A DNA stretch of 64,000 nt from positions 57,288,001 to 57,352,000 of the forward strand of contig OX597814.1 of assembly GCA_951406725.2 (NCBI GenBank). Direction: 5' to 3'. Below the pieces are notes generated by a model. The model worked only from the letters and a program-made list of their open reading frames with translations, made no database searches and was not told the DNA's origin. Shown here one piece after another: positions 39,160 through 52,401 of this stretch (within the stretch, counting starts at the first letter, position 1; each line of letters begins with the position of its first letter). The DNA comes from Octopus vulgaris. Taxonomy: Eukaryota. The translations under genes and the position numbers were made by a program.

Positions 39160-39674
39160 AATCTTATTGAAGTTGTTGTTTAGTTCAAGCTCAACTTTCC
39201 TTGAAGATCCTTTGCTAGCCTTCATCAAAGAGTCCGATAAAGGCGAGGGAGCCGAAATATCAAAGTCACAGTCCACCGTATTTCTTGTAAAAGTTAATAA
39301 GCATGTAATCTACAAAGCATCATTGAGTAATCCTAATGTTTAATGTCAAATTGTTTTTATATAATTTGACATTATAAAATACATGCTTGCCCTCGTCAGA
39401 GACTGTGATGATGGCGAATAAACTGGAACTTCAAAGTCCCTTTCCACCTGTTCCTTGTGAAATTCGTTAACCAGGTAATTTACCAAGCATTTTGAGTAAC
39501 TCTTCAGTTTAGTGTTAAGTTATATTTTATATAACATGACATTAATAGAGAGAGGTGAGAAAAGAGGAGAGAGAAAGAAAGATTTGTGTGTGTGCTTGTG
39601 TGCGCGCGCGCAATTGCGTGTGTGTGAGTGTGTGTAACCGATTTTATATATATATATATATGTATGTGTATATA

Positions 39675-39704
<30 letters not shown>

Positions 39705-39705
<1 letters not shown>

Positions 39706-39750
39706 TAGCAGAGATACCCAGCGTTGCTCGGGATTAAAATGACATAGTTT
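39705..39750 (-). mobile_element. Helitron 3' terminus fragment
   Basis: Minus strand: hairpin CCCGAGCAACGCTGGG followed ~8 nt later by CTAA(T). Similar to the terminus at 54953. Confidence 0.55.
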
Positions 39751-39754
39751 TTTT

Positions 39755-39960
39755 ATTTACTTGCTTTGGTCATGTGACTGCGGCCGTGCTGGAGCACCAT
39801 CTTTAGTCGAAAAAACTGACGACTGGATTTAATGTTTATAAGCATAGTACTTACTCTATCGGTGTGTTTTGCAAATACCTAGGTTATGGGGACGTAAACA
39901 CAGCAACATCGGTAATAAAGTGATGGTGTGAGTACAAAGACAGACACAGACACACAAACA
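39755..39960 (-). mobile_element. SINE 3' half
   Basis: Similar to 41662-41870 and 59227-59400. Confidence 0.7.
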
Positions 39961-40118
39961 CACACATATATATGCATACATATATACATATATAAATATA
40001 TACATATATATATATACATAAAAGTACATATATACATACATATATATCTACATCTATATACATATCTATGTATATATGTATATATATATATATATATGTA
40101 CGTATATATATATATGTG

Positions 40119-40156
<38 letters not shown>

Positions 40157-40250
40157 ATAAGGGGTAAAATTAATTAATCAATTAATAATTAATAACTTTA
40201 CCAAGTAGCTTCGGTATGTTAAAAGAACCATTATCGGTAACCTTATACAA

Positions 40251-40489
40251 AAATTCTATAATTATAAGCATAATTATAATTAGGGTTCCGCAAAAATTGC
40301 TTTACCACCTACCGAAATTTAGAAATAGCAGTTAAATACCATTCCACTACCATAAGTTGAGAGTATTACTGTCTGGGAGATATCTTATAGTAGTGGAATA
40401 ATATTTAACTGCTATTTCTAAATTTCGGTATGTGGTGAAGCAATTTTTACTGAACCCTCGTTATAATTATGCTTATAATTATAGAATTT
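40251..40489. repeat. ~240-bp imperfect palindrome
   Basis: Arms AAATTCTATAATTATAAGCATAATTATAA...TTCCACTAC and GTAGTGGAA...TTATAATTATGCTTATAATTATAGAATTT. Confidence 0.85.
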
Positions 40490-40533
40490 GTGTGTGTGTT
40501 TGTGTGTGTTTGAGACAATTATTCGGTAGCCAT

Positions 40534-40594
40534 GATAAAACTCCGAGTTTCGTATGTCGGGGCGGAAACCCACGCCGGCATCTCTTCAGTTATC
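40534..40594 (-). ncRNA. hammerhead motif, same family as 4340-4400
   Basis: GATAA-CTGAAGA-GATGCCGG...CCGACATAC-GAAA-CTCGGAG-TT-TTATC. Confidence 0.75.
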
Positions 40595-41333
40595 GGACCA
40601 TCAAAAAAGTGCTATAAAAATAACCGTTAAAAAAAGGAAATTACTGTGTGGTTGACCATTATTAAAACAAAAGAGCTATTAGAATGACCGCTAAGTAAGG
40701 GGAAGGAGTAAAGGTAAGGGAGTAAAACTGTCCATAGCAATCGCGTAAGCGCGCATGTCCATACATACACATGCGCGCCCGCACACCCACGTACATGTGC
40801 CTATATATATATATATATACATGCTCACCCACACATTCGCAAAAAACATATATATATATATACATACCCGTATACACGCTCGCACACACACACACACACG
40901 CGAACAAAAGCGGTTCATATGCGCGTCTATATACGCACATGCACAAGAAAAAACAGGGTTAAAAGCAAAATACAGAAAATTGTGAAAAAAAGTGCAAAAA
41001 ATAAGCAATAAGAATAAAAAGTAAAGGAGTAAATATGTTTATGGCGAACGCGTATGTGCGCATGTCTATACATATACATGCGCGCACGCACACCCACATA
41101 CATGTGCCTATATATATATATATATATATACTCATCCACCCTCACTTGAAACACACACATGCTCACCCACACATTCGCCAAAAGCAAGATGGAAAAAATA
41201 GTACTCGAATACCGGAGGTAGAGTAATATGCTTTATTAATAAAGCTGCAAAGACATCACATAAACTACTACTCAGTTTTGCGTTCCCGTTCGGCGGACAG
41301 TTTTGGTTTAGAATATATGTATATATATATATA

Positions 41334-41368
<35 letters not shown>

Positions 41369-41860
41369 AAAATGAGTAGGGATGGCTTTTGGTGGGGATA
41401 TTTTATATTTTAATGATAACGTTTACACTTACTCTAATGAGTTTCGAGCTTTCGAAAGCCGTTTTCGAACTAAAATTCAGATTTTTCTTTCAAGTATACA
41501 AATAAAGAATTAAAATAGAAAATAAAAGATAGAAAAAAATGAGAAATAAAGAATATAAAAGCTAATATAAAATATAAAATTATGAAAAAAGAAGAAAAGA
41601 AAAAGAAAGGAAAGAAAGGAAAAAGTAGTAGGTAAGAAGACATACTCTATTCTTACTCTTTACTCTTTTACTTGTTTCAGTCATTTGACTGTGGCCATGC
41701 TGGAGCACCGCCTATAGTCGAGCAAATCGACCCCAGGACTTATTCTTTGTAAGTCTAGTACTTATTCTATCGGTCTCTTTTGCCGGACCGCTAAGTTACG
41801 GGAACGTAAACACACCAGCATCGATTGTCAAGCGATGTTGGGGGAACAAACACAGACACA

Positions 41861-41986
<126 letters not shown>

Positions 41987-42013
41987 AAAAAAGCAACAAG
42001 AATGGATTAAAAT

Positions 42014-42099
42014 CTCGGTACGATCGTTTCGTACGAGGACATCTTTAATAAGCTACAAAAAATGCAGTGAATACAGATGGCTCGTACTCGTCAGCCGAA
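42014..42099 (-). ncRNA. intact type I hammerhead ribozyme (left arm)
   Basis: Reverse complement of 45756-45841. Confidence 0.88.
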
Positions 42100-42864
42100 A
42101 AAATATCGGAGAATTCCCAAACATCAAAAGGGGTAGATACAAAAGAGGTTGTAAGATTAACTGCATTGAAGAAAGTTCGATTCATGGAGATCCGATGAAA
42201 GGTTTTAAACCTATAGAATTTATGCATGTCTACATATAGCTCATATTGAATATTTGATCAAGTTGTATGAAGAAATTTTCGGATACAGTCATGCAAAATT
42301 TCTGAAAATCCGAGTAAGAGGCAAAGTGACTGCCACCTCATGTATAGGAAAGTCTGAGTAAAAACATAGTGACTGTCATATCGTGTAGAGGAACAGATTG
42401 TTATTGAAATTTACAAGAATCGCAGATAAGTTCGATTTTTTTGGAGATCCGATGAAAAAGTCTTGAACTTACAAAATTTGTGTATGTCCTTATAGTTCGT
42501 AATCCAGTTTTGTGGAGAGATTTAGGGTACAATCATGCGAAAATATCAGGGAGTCCGAATGAGAAGCAAAATGACAGTCTTATATTGTAGTGGTTCAGGT
42601 TGTTAATGAAATTTTCAAAGAATCACAGAAAGAGGAGGAAGGGGTAGGAATTTAATCAGTTACTGCTATTTAAGCTGTCAAAGAGAAAGGAAAGGGGAAG
42701 CTAAGGGGATGGGCACAATTTGATACTAACAAAAAAGTCTAAGTTTGTTTGGAACAAATTCGAACTGAGGTCAACAATTTATTTCTTTATTTATAAATGT
42801 TACTATTAATAGATTGTCAGGTTACAAAGAGGTCATTAGAAAGGAAAGAAAAATGGGGTTGTTT

Positions 42865-44474
42865 AGCCCTGATAAGGCAACCGTAAATAAAATTAAAATT
42901 AAGAAACACACTATTAGTAACATAGACAACAACAATGACCATACCAGAAAGGATAGTAGAAATAGATTTACAACAGCAAAGTACCCTAATGATATTAAGA
43001 ATATTAATAAAAACATAACAGAGAATACTTATAATAAGGGTAAAATAAACTTGGATAAAACTAGCAAACATGCTAACATGAACATTAATAAATACAAAGA
43101 ATCTGATGATGGGACGATTAATTCTAATAACCCTAACTCTAGTGGGAAAAATTCTAGCAGCCCTAACTCTAATTCTAAGAAATTTAATAAGAAAGACATA
43201 ATATGGCTAAACATCCCTTTTAACTGTGCGGTTTCATCAAATATTCAGGGTAGATTCAAAACAATTCTAGAAAATAATTTCCCATCCTCTCATAGATATC
43301 ATAAAATTATTTCTAAAAAAAGTCAGAATTTCTTATTCAACTCTCCCAAATATGTCCACTTTAATAGCTAAGATCAATAATAATAACATAAAACTAGCCA
43401 GAAATAATTTAATAAATAAAAATAAAAATAGAACGGAAAATTGTAATAACAGTACGAAAAGTAATAATTGCAACAATAATAATAATAATAACAATAATGA
43501 ATGTCATAAAATAAATATAACCAAAAGCCATGGAATTGTTAATAACAATAATAACATAAATAGGAATGATTATGTTAGTAATAGGAATAATACCATGAAT
43601 GTAAGTACATTGAATGAGAGTAACAACATTATCAGCAACAACACTACGCATCTGGATAACAATATCGACAACAATACTAATAGCATCAACAATATCAGCA
43701 ATGATAGTAGGGTTATAGAACCAAACGATAGTGTAGGAATACCGACAAATGATAATACTACTTTAGAAGATAACATCAACTGCAATAATGATAACATTAT
43801 TTTAGATAGCAGCACCAATAATAATAATAATAATAATGAAAGCAGGGCTTTAGAACCAAATGAAAATGTAGGAATACCTATAAATGATAATACTGTTTTA
43901 GATAATAATATTAACTACAATAATGATAGAGTTTTTTTAGATAATAACAATAATCAAAATCATGATAAATTTACCCGCTCTGCTTCGAGCAACAGTAATA
44001 TAAGACTTCTATCCTCAAGGTATTCCACCTCTAATTATAATGCCCCTAGATGTAACTGCAGAATTAAATCAAAATGCCCGGCCCCTGATTTATGCGGGTT
44101 AATTAACATAATCTATAAGTGCTCCGTAACCACAGATAATAAGTTCTCTTATGTTGGATGCACTGTAAATTTTAAACAGAGATTGAATAACCATCTCTCA
44201 TCTTTTAAATTACGTCATAAGGCTGATAGCACTACTCTTTCTAGTAAAATTTGGGAACTAAAAAACAATAATATCAAATATAACCTTAATTGGGAATTAG
44301 TCAGAAGAGCAAAACCCTATAAAAATAGCAGAGTAGGCTGCCAACTTTGCTCCATGGAAGCATTTGAAATACTAATGTATAAAAATAATGGAGAAATTCA
44401 ATTAAACAGCAGAATTGAACTTGGAAATATCTTGTATACATGCTCGGTTTAAGACTCTTAAATATTTTAAATGA
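42865..44474 (+). pseudogene. PLE ORF remnant: RT thumb, Asn-rich linker, CxCx5C motif, GIY-YIG endonuclease
   Basis: KKDIIWLNIPFN..RFKTILENNFP..YHKII, then a frameshift in the A-run at ~43315 to KVRISYSTLPNM. Continues CNCRIKSKC, IIYKCSV..FSYVGCT..FKQRLNNH..SF, TTLSSKIWELK, CQLCSME, LNSRIE, then a frameshift to SCIHARFK. Confidence 0.85.
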
Positions 44475-45755
44475 TATTTTTAATCATATTTCAATTGATA
44501 ACTGTATACTGAAATCATTTTACATAAAATTCATTTTGACTTACATATCACTCCTACATAGTATATTATATATTTAACTGGAAAGATAAGTTCTAACTAG
44601 CTATGATTATAATTTTTTCTCTCTCTGATGGTACTATTAAATACTTATTGACTTAAATTATTTGATTTATTTCTATTGGACCATATTATTATTAATAAAT
44701 TAAATCTTGCTCTATTTTTATCTCCATTTCTTAGTCTATTTTTATCCCTTTACAAATATTAGTTAGTTAATTCTCTTAATTTCTTTTAAATTTTTAAAAA
44801 TTAATTCTGCTAATACCAGACCTATCGTAGTGTATTGTGATGTGATATAATATATCAAAATAATATAATATAATATAGTGTAGTATTTTATAGTTTAGTA
44901 TAATAATAATATAATTGTTTAATTTTAAAAACATTATGTATGTATTATAGTTTAGTATAATAATAATATAATAGTTTAATTTCATTTAAAAACAACCCCA
45001 TTTTTCTTTCCTTTCTAATGACCTCTTTGTAACCTGACAATCTATTAATAGTAACATTTATAAATAAAGAAATAAATTGTTGACCTCAGTTCGAATTTGT
45101 TCCAAACAAACTTAGACTTTTTTGTTAGTATCAAATTGTGCCCATCCCCTTAGCTTCCCCTTTCCTTTCTCTTTGACAGCTTAAATAGCAGTAACTGATT
45201 AAATTCCTACCCCTTCCTCCTCTTTCTGTGATTCTTTGAAAATTTCATTAACAACCTGAACCACTACAATATAAGACTGTCATTTTTGCTTCTCATTCGG
45301 ACTCCCTGATATTTTCGCATGATTGTACCCTAAATCTCTCCACAAAACTGGATTACGAACTATAAGGACATACACAAATTTTGTAAGTTCAAGACTTTTT
45401 CATCGGATCTCCAAAAAAATCGAACTTATCTGCGATTCTTGTAAATTTCAATAACAATCTGTTCCTCTACACGATATGACAGTCACTATGTTTTTACTCA
45501 GACTTTCCTATACATGAGGTGGCAGTCACTTTGCCTCTTACTCGGATTTTCAGAAATTTTGCATGACTGTATCCGAAAATTTCTTCATACAACTTGATCA
45601 AATATTCAATATGAGCTATATGTAGACATGCATAAATTCTATAGGTTTAAAACCTTTCATCGGATCTCCATGAATCGAACTTTCTTCAATGCAGTTAATC
45701 TTACAACCTCTTTTGTATCTACCCCTTTTGATGTTTGGGAATTCTCCGATATTTT

Positions 45756-45841
45756 TTCGGCTGACGAGTACGAGCCATCTGTATTCACTGCATTTTTTGT
45801 AGCTTATTAAAGATGTCCTCGTACGAAACGATCGTACCGAG
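45756..45841 (+). ncRNA. intact type I hammerhead ribozyme (right arm)
   Basis: TTCGG-CTGACGA-GTACGAG...CTCGTAC-GAAA-CGATCG-TA^CCGAG. Full consensus core, 7-bp stem II with G10.1-C11.1, palindromic stem III. Predicted cleavage after A45836 (GUA). Confidence 0.9.
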
Positions 45842-45989
45842 ATTTTAATCCATTCTTGTTGCTTTTTTCCTATTTATAATCACCCCATTTGTCGTATGGT
45901 TAACACCATATAGATATCCGGTGCATCCTAGTTAAGGACCATATTCATGTGAATTCTTTAGAATTCACTAGAATCTCAATTACTTAACC

Positions 45990-46034
<45 letters not shown>

Positions 46035-46343
46035 TACGACGGGCTTCTTTCAGTTTCCGTCTACCAAATCCACTCACAAACTTTGGTCAGCCCGAGGCTA
46101 TAGTAGAAGACACTTCTCCAAGGTGCCACGTTGTGGGACTGAACTCGAAACCATGTGGTTCGTAAGCAAGCTACTTACCACACTCCTACATGTGTATATA
46201 TGTACACATGCACACCCATATATACGTGTATCTGTATGTATTATCACCCCTGTATACGCAGATATACATACATACATACATACATACATACATACATACA
46301 TACATACATACATACATACATACATACAGATATGTGTTGTTTG

Positions 46344-46634
46344 AGCCTAGTATTGGGGGTCTATTCTATTTGTTGGTCTATCATCTATTCTATTATGGTC
46401 CAAATTGGTCCATACAGGGCTTCTCTACCGAAGTCAACGCTCAACCTGCAAACCTTACTTCAAGGAGGCACTTCACATATTAAAGCACAACTCTCCAGCA
46501 CTGCTAAATAAACATAATGAGGCACTAAGCACTTGCAACCACCGCTTTTTCACACATTCAAATTCTACCACAAATTCTAATGTCTAGATGACCATACAGT
46601 ATATTTCCACAATACCCCTTAGGTAATCCCAATA

Positions 46635-46637
<3 letters not shown>
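46344..46637 (+). mobile_element. Hydra-type PLE endonuclease C-terminal fragment
   Basis: STCKPYFKEALHILKHNSPALLNKHNEALSTCNHRFF resembles the C-terminus at 44340-44470. Lies between microsatellites. Confidence 0.55.
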
Positions 46638-46684
<47 letters not shown>

Positions 46685-46769
46685 CTATGTAAGTGTGCGT
46701 ATTTTCCTTTTTTAATATATATATATATATATATATATGTGAAATTTGTAGAAAAGAAAAAGATTTTGC

Positions 46770-47010
46770 TAATGTCTTATAAATACAAGGAATAGTTTTA
46801 TTCATCAAAGTATGCACCCGTATTGTCAATACACTTTTGCCATTTCAGCTTGTCCTGTAAAATTCTGGCAATCTAGAGTCGATAATATCTTGGAAGGTCT
46901 GTTTTATAGCGTCGTCGGAATTAAATTTGTTTCCTATAAAAAAGTTATCCAAGTTCTGGATGAAGTGGTGGTCAGTGGGGGCAAGATCGGGTGAGTATGG
47001 TGGATAATTG
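46770..47010 (-). mobile_element. mariner transposase 3' fragment
   Basis: Minus strand: HHTHPILPPLTTTSSR region, whose frame-shifted reading approximates the YSPDLAP motif, and LKWQKCIDNTGAYFDE*. Confidence 0.65.
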
Positions 47011-47377
47011 TAGAATAATAAATTTGTTCCGCTAAATGTACTGAGTAATCAATCAGTTTAATATAAATATGTTTTTAATATACACATACATATATACTGA
47101 AAAAAATGAATAGAAATGGCTTTTCTGATAATTTTTACACTTTAATAATGAGATGTTTATAATTTATTAGGTATTTATAAAAGGTGACACTGATGGTACT
47201 TCTCGCTTGCAAGCCGTTTTCAAACTGATATTTTAGAGTTTATTATCCGCTGTTTGAATAGGGAGTGTTTATTTACAAACATACACACATACTAACACTA
47301 ACGCACACACACACATATATATACATATAGCCATACATAAGCACATTTATAGAGATGTACACACACAAACATTTTTT

Positions 47378-47676
47378 TCGCCCTTTTTCAAGCCTAACCA
47401 GGCTCATGGGCCCGGTTTCCCGGTTTCGTGGCGTATGTGTTCCCCAGCTGGACGGGACGCCAGTCCAGCGCAGCGTTACTCAAGAAACAGGAAGAGAGGG
47501 TGAGAGAAAGTTGGGGCAAAAGAGTACAACAGGGGTCGCCACCACCCCCTGCCGGAGCCTCGTGGAGCTTTAGGTGTTTTCGCTCAATAAACACACACAA
47601 CACCCGGTCTGGGAATCGAAACCGCGATCCTCCGACCGCAAATCCGCTGCCCTAACCACTGGGCCATTGCGCCTCC
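47378..47676 (-). mobile_element. tRNA-derived SINE, near full length
   Basis: Head GGAGGCGCAATGGCCCAGTGGTTAGGGCAGCGG...GGTTTCGATTCCC, followed by a ~230-nt body. Confidence 0.8.
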
Positions 47677-47799
47677 CACACAAACATATACACACACAAA
47701 AACATAGGACCATACACATATTCACACGCAGAGAAGCAACAAACATACAAATACGTGGATTCATTCACATATATTAATACATAAATTAATGCACACATA

Positions 47800-50753
47800 A
47801 ACACTTATGTATACAACTCGGGGAAACTAAACCAGAACAACCTGCCATCCTCTACACACCATCATAAACCGCAAGCAGGATACAAATTGTTGTCCTTAAA
47901 TGCTCGCAGTTTATGCAACAAAATACATTTGTTCAACTCCTACGTCAGAAGTATTGACTCTGACTTCATCACTGTCACGGAAACATGGGCACATTCCTTA
48001 CTCTGTGATGGGGTTTTCAACATTACTGGGTACAACCTCTTCCGCAAGGACCACATTAACCGCCGTGGTGGTGGTGTGATGGTCTACGTTCGTTCAAATT
48101 TTCGGTAATTCCTTGTGCTGATTTGAACGAATCACAAGAAGAAGTTTTTTTCTGTGACGTACGTATGATCATGTCAACACTCCTGCTTGGCGTTGTTTAT
48201 CGTCCCCCAAATTACCATCAAGACACACAGCTTTGCGATATCCTCCGAGCTGCTGCCAGGAAAACAGCCACTTATGTTTTTATTGCAGACGATTTCAATC
48301 ATCCTGAGATCAATTGGGAAACCTTCCATTGGCCACAGAGTGCAAACGATTTCGTTGAGCTTGTACTGGACTCAAACTGGTCACAAGTAGTCACCTCTCC
48401 AACAAGAGGCGACAACACCTTGGACCTGCTCTTCACCACAACTTCTGAAGCGGTTATCAATTGTACTACGGAGGAACCTCTAGGCGACTCTGATCATGCT
48501 ATGATCATCGCCAATCTGTCTCTTGCGGGCAACAACAAAAACCTGAACCATCTTCAATCTGCTTCCTTCGATTGGAAGAGAGCAGATTGGAACCTGTACC
48601 ACACTGAATTACAGCACCCAAACTGGCGTGAATTCTACAACTCTGGAGATGTGAATACTATACTCCAGAGTATCCTGGACTCAATATGGGCAGCATGTGC
48701 AGCATCAGTGCCACGTAAACAGAAAAAGAAGAACTGCCCCAAAAGTGCAATTTGGGAAACTTCAGCGGTCCGACTTGCCAGGAAGGAACGTCGGACTGCT
48801 GAACGGGAATACAAGTTGCATAAATCAGACACCAACAGGAAAAAGCGGAATAAATCTTCCAACCATCTCAAGCAAGTGACAAAAAAGCAGTGCTTGAATT
48901 TGAACAGTGCATAGCAGCCAATCCTGACAGCAAGGTTTTCTGGAAATATGTGCATTCGAAGCAGAGACCTCACTCTCCAGTGGGCCCTCTTCGCAACCCT
49001 CACACAAACCAGATCACTGACGATCCCAAAGGAATGCGCAGAACTCATTGCCGAGTGCTATGCAAACATATTCACTGTTGAAAATCAAAATGTACCATCT
49101 TCACCATCTCTAACAGCAAATTCCATAACAACTATGGAATTTACACCTGCAATGCTGCGACGTCACCTTCAAAATAAGCGCAACTATGCCTCCCTGGTCT
49201 TGATGGAGTTACATACCTGCTTCTCAAACGTGGCAGGTACTTCCTTTTACACCAGCTTTCTATTTTTTTCCAGTACTGTCTCAACAATGGTGCTACTCTG
49301 GAGCAGTGGAAAACTGCCAGTGTCATTCCTCTGTTAAAAAAGGGCGACCGCACATCACCTGTCAACTATCGCCCAGTCAGTCTCACTAGCTGTATTGCAA
49401 AACTGATGGAATCGTGTGTCAGAGAAACACTTTAGAACTTCTGGAGCTCTCACAGTCTCATCCGACCCTCACAATATGGATTTGTCCCTAACTCCAGCTG
49501 CAGTGATCAGCATTTCGAGTTCCTTGAGGACATTACTCAGATCACTGACATTGGCTCATGGGTGGATGTTGTCTACCTTGACTTTGCTAAGGCTTTCAAC
49601 TCTGTGCCACACAAAAGGCTTATGGTGAAACACTCTGCAATGGGTGTGAGGGATGATCTTTTTAACTGGTTGAAATCCTTCATTCTCAGCCGAAACGAGG
49701 TAGTCACAGTTCTAGGACAGCATTCTACACCATATGAGATGTCATCGGGTGTACCACAGGGATCTGTCCTTGGTCCCCTCTTGTTTGTGGCATACATTAA
49801 TGACATAGATGCCAATTTAAAGAATGCCACAGTATTGAAATATGCAGACGACATCAAGCTGTACCTTGAAATCAAGAGGACAGATCCTGTTGTCTACAGC
49901 TCTTTCCTGCAATCAGACCTGGACACAATGCAGCAATGGATCACAGACTGGCAACTGAAACTGGCTGTGGACAAGTGTACCACCATGCATTTTGGGAGAA
50001 AAAACCCTGCGTCCACATACTCCCTCCACAACACTGATATCAAGAAATCCTTTTGCGAGCGTGACCTAGGCATCACTGTCAGCAGTGATTTGCGTTGGAC
50101 AAAGCATATTTCTAAAATTGTCAAGAAGGCCGAGGGTGTCTTGGCATCACTCAGCAAGACTTTTGTTAGCCGCTCTCCAGCCATCTATTTAAAACTGTAT
50201 ACAGCTACGGTACGACCACACTTGGAATTCGCATCATCAGTTTGGAACCCCTATCTTGCTCAGAACATTGACCTCCTGGAATCTGTTCAGAGACGTGCAA
50301 CCAAACGCATACCCTCCATCAGACACCTACAATACTCTGGGCGCCTTGTTTCCCTGGGCATGGATTCACTGAAGCTCCGGCGTCTGGCGATGGACTTGGT
50401 AAACACCCACAAAGTTATCAACCACCTCACCAACAAAAACACTGAAAACCTTTTTGATCTCCATGTGTCTAACACACGTGGACATGCCTACAAATTCAGA
50501 AAACAACACAGCTCCCATGACTTTCGGAAACATTTTTTCACGCTCAGAGTTGCTGAAGCATGGAACAAACTGCCTGTGTCAGTTGTTGACTGCCATGACA
50601 CTGCATCCTTTAAGGCCCTCATGCTTTCCGAAATCCGCCGAAACTACACCTGATTATACATACACTTTAGATGAATTGTAGTGCACCTGAGCACTATACA
50701 CAATGTTTTATTATATTATATTATTATTATACTAATTCTCCTTCCCACCTCTC

Positions 50754-50757
<4 letters not shown>
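47800..50757 (+). mobile_element. CR1-clade LINE ORF2 (APE endonuclease + RT), disrupted
   Basis: LSLNARSL, VTETW, RRGGGV, VVYRPP, DFNHPEINW, TRGDNTLDL, LGDSDH; NYRPVSLTS, YLDFAKAFNSVPH, GVPQGSVLGPLLF, YADD, FFTLRVAEAWNKLP. Several stops and frameshifts. Confidence 0.92.
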
Positions 50758-50801
<44 letters not shown>

Positions 50802-50896
50802 TAATCCAAACAAGAAAGCACAAAAAACACAACAACGCGAGGACGTTGAACAAATATAGTATTATTGGACGCTCAGGATAGAAGGAAAGAAGGAGG

Positions 50897-50931
50897 GTTT
50901 AACGTTTCGAGCGGAGCTCTTCGTCGGAAAC
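50897..50931 (-). ncRNA. ultra-minimal hammerhead motif (U4C variant)
   Basis: GTTT-CCGACGA-A-GAGC-TCC-GCTC-GAAA-CG-TT-AAAC, within a short repeat next to (TA)n. Confidence 0.65.
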
Positions 50932-51766
50932 ATAGGAGAAGGAAAGATCCAGAGAAGGTAAGACAGAGGGAAAAAAATCGCCAACGGTACACACGAGGTC
51001 ACATTGTAAGAATATATGTATGAATATATGTGAATGAATACATGTATTTGTGTGTTAGTTGTTTCTCTGCGTCTGTATATGTGTACGGTCCTATGCTTTT
51101 GTCTGGTTAATTATGTTATCACTTTTGCTTGGTCCTAGGTCACATCAGATGATCAAGCACGCCTATTATGACAGGCAAATCAGCCATGTTTATCCTTTTT
51201 TTTTCATCCTTAAAATATATTTGAATAAAATTTGACTGTCATTTCTCCCTAGTTGAGTAGTCGCATAAGATCCACACATTTGGCTCTTTCGAAGCATGCA
51301 CTGTAGCATAGCAAAGAAGTGATTAGGCAGGCCGCTTGCCCCTGGTGAGTCTTTTATATGAGAGCGGCAATTTTGGAACTGTTGTATAGCGCATAGACAG
51401 CTTATACAGGGGAAGTGCAAACTCAGGGCCTATCTCTAGGCGGCACACGCACACTCGTGCATAAATGCTGCTAATATTGGGCGTGAATGCTGTTACTGCT
51501 TTTGATCCCTACATCTATTAGCAAGTTATAGATAAGCATATCAGCTGGTTTTTAAGTATTTAACGAACGAAAGTATTCAAGAATGAAGTGAAATTGATGA
51601 GATCTGCCTTGTACAATAATCCCCTAGCGAGTTTTAAATGAAATGTGTTCTTGTTAAACAATGAGAGTTTAAGCTCACTCACTATGATTGAGAATAATGG
51701 ATAATAAAGAGTAAGACTTGTAGAAGGGGAAATAAATAAAGTAATATACGAATAAAGTAACATTAC

Positions 51767-51892
51767 CTCAACCTCTTCTTGATACCCCTTGCTACTCTGT
51801 GCCTTCATTAGCTCAGCCAAAGTGAGAACACCATCATTGTTTTTATCCATTTCTTTGAAGGAAGTTTTCAATTCTTCTATTTTGGCCTGCAT
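51767..51892 (-). CDS. EF-hand gene exon 1 (canonical EF-hand), calmodulin-like calcium-binding protein
   Basis: AAACATG start; MQAKIEELKTSFKEMDKNNDGVLTLAELMKAQSSKGYQEEVE with loop DKNNDGVLTLAE; donor GAG|GTAATG (phase 0). Confidence 0.85.
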
Positions 51893-51924
51893 GTTTATGG
51901 GTATCGTCTTCTCAGTAGCTATGA

Positions 51925-51980
51925 GAATAACTTAGGACTGTTGCGAGTGACTAATTTATATTTACGCTTGAGAGTCAGCT
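51925..51980 (-). promoter_or_regulatory. putative core promoter of the EF-hand gene
   Basis: TATAAAT at ~51961-51955, about 65 nt upstream of the ATG, with AP-1-like TGACT(C/A) motifs on either side. Confidence 0.5.
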
Positions 51981-52401
51981 TTTGTTTGTGTTTCCCACCA
52001 GCTCCACTTTTCTAACGTTATCCAACGAAGCGCTTATTAACAATCAATGATTTTGTAAAGAGTGAGAGAGAGATTGAGAATGAGAGTGAGGATGTAAGGT
52101 TGCAGTGGCAGGTTTTCTAAAAATCCCTACACCAACAGAATATCATATACTAGGAGGAGAATTATATGCGCGTCTGCGTGTAATGTGTATGTGTGTGCGC
52201 GCGTATGTATATATGTGCACGCATGTATGTGTGTGTGTGTGCGCATGTATGTAAGTTTGTGAACGTGTGTATGGGCGAGTGTGTGGGTGCGTGTGTGTGT
52301 GCGTGCGCTCATACATTTATGATCACACGCACATGCACGTGTGTGCGCGTCTGAGTAATTATGTATTTATATAACTTTTATTTTTTGTTTTCTTTGCTTC
52401 A

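Noticed and set aside
39365-39405. Minus-strand CTGACGA
   Set aside because: No stem II closure or GAAA box follows.
41262-41303. Possible eroded hammerhead (CCGCCGA...AAAA-CTGAG-TA)
   Set aside because: Too many core mismatches to call from this copy alone.
42814-42864. Start of the 185-aa ORF as a real N-terminus
   Set aside because: It lies in the inverted pLTR arm and is a chance in-frame fusion to the truncated PLE ORF.
51560-51766. C-terminal hydrophobic half of the 110-aa ORF as a membrane anchor
   Set aside because: Read-through past a good GTAATG donor into intron 1.
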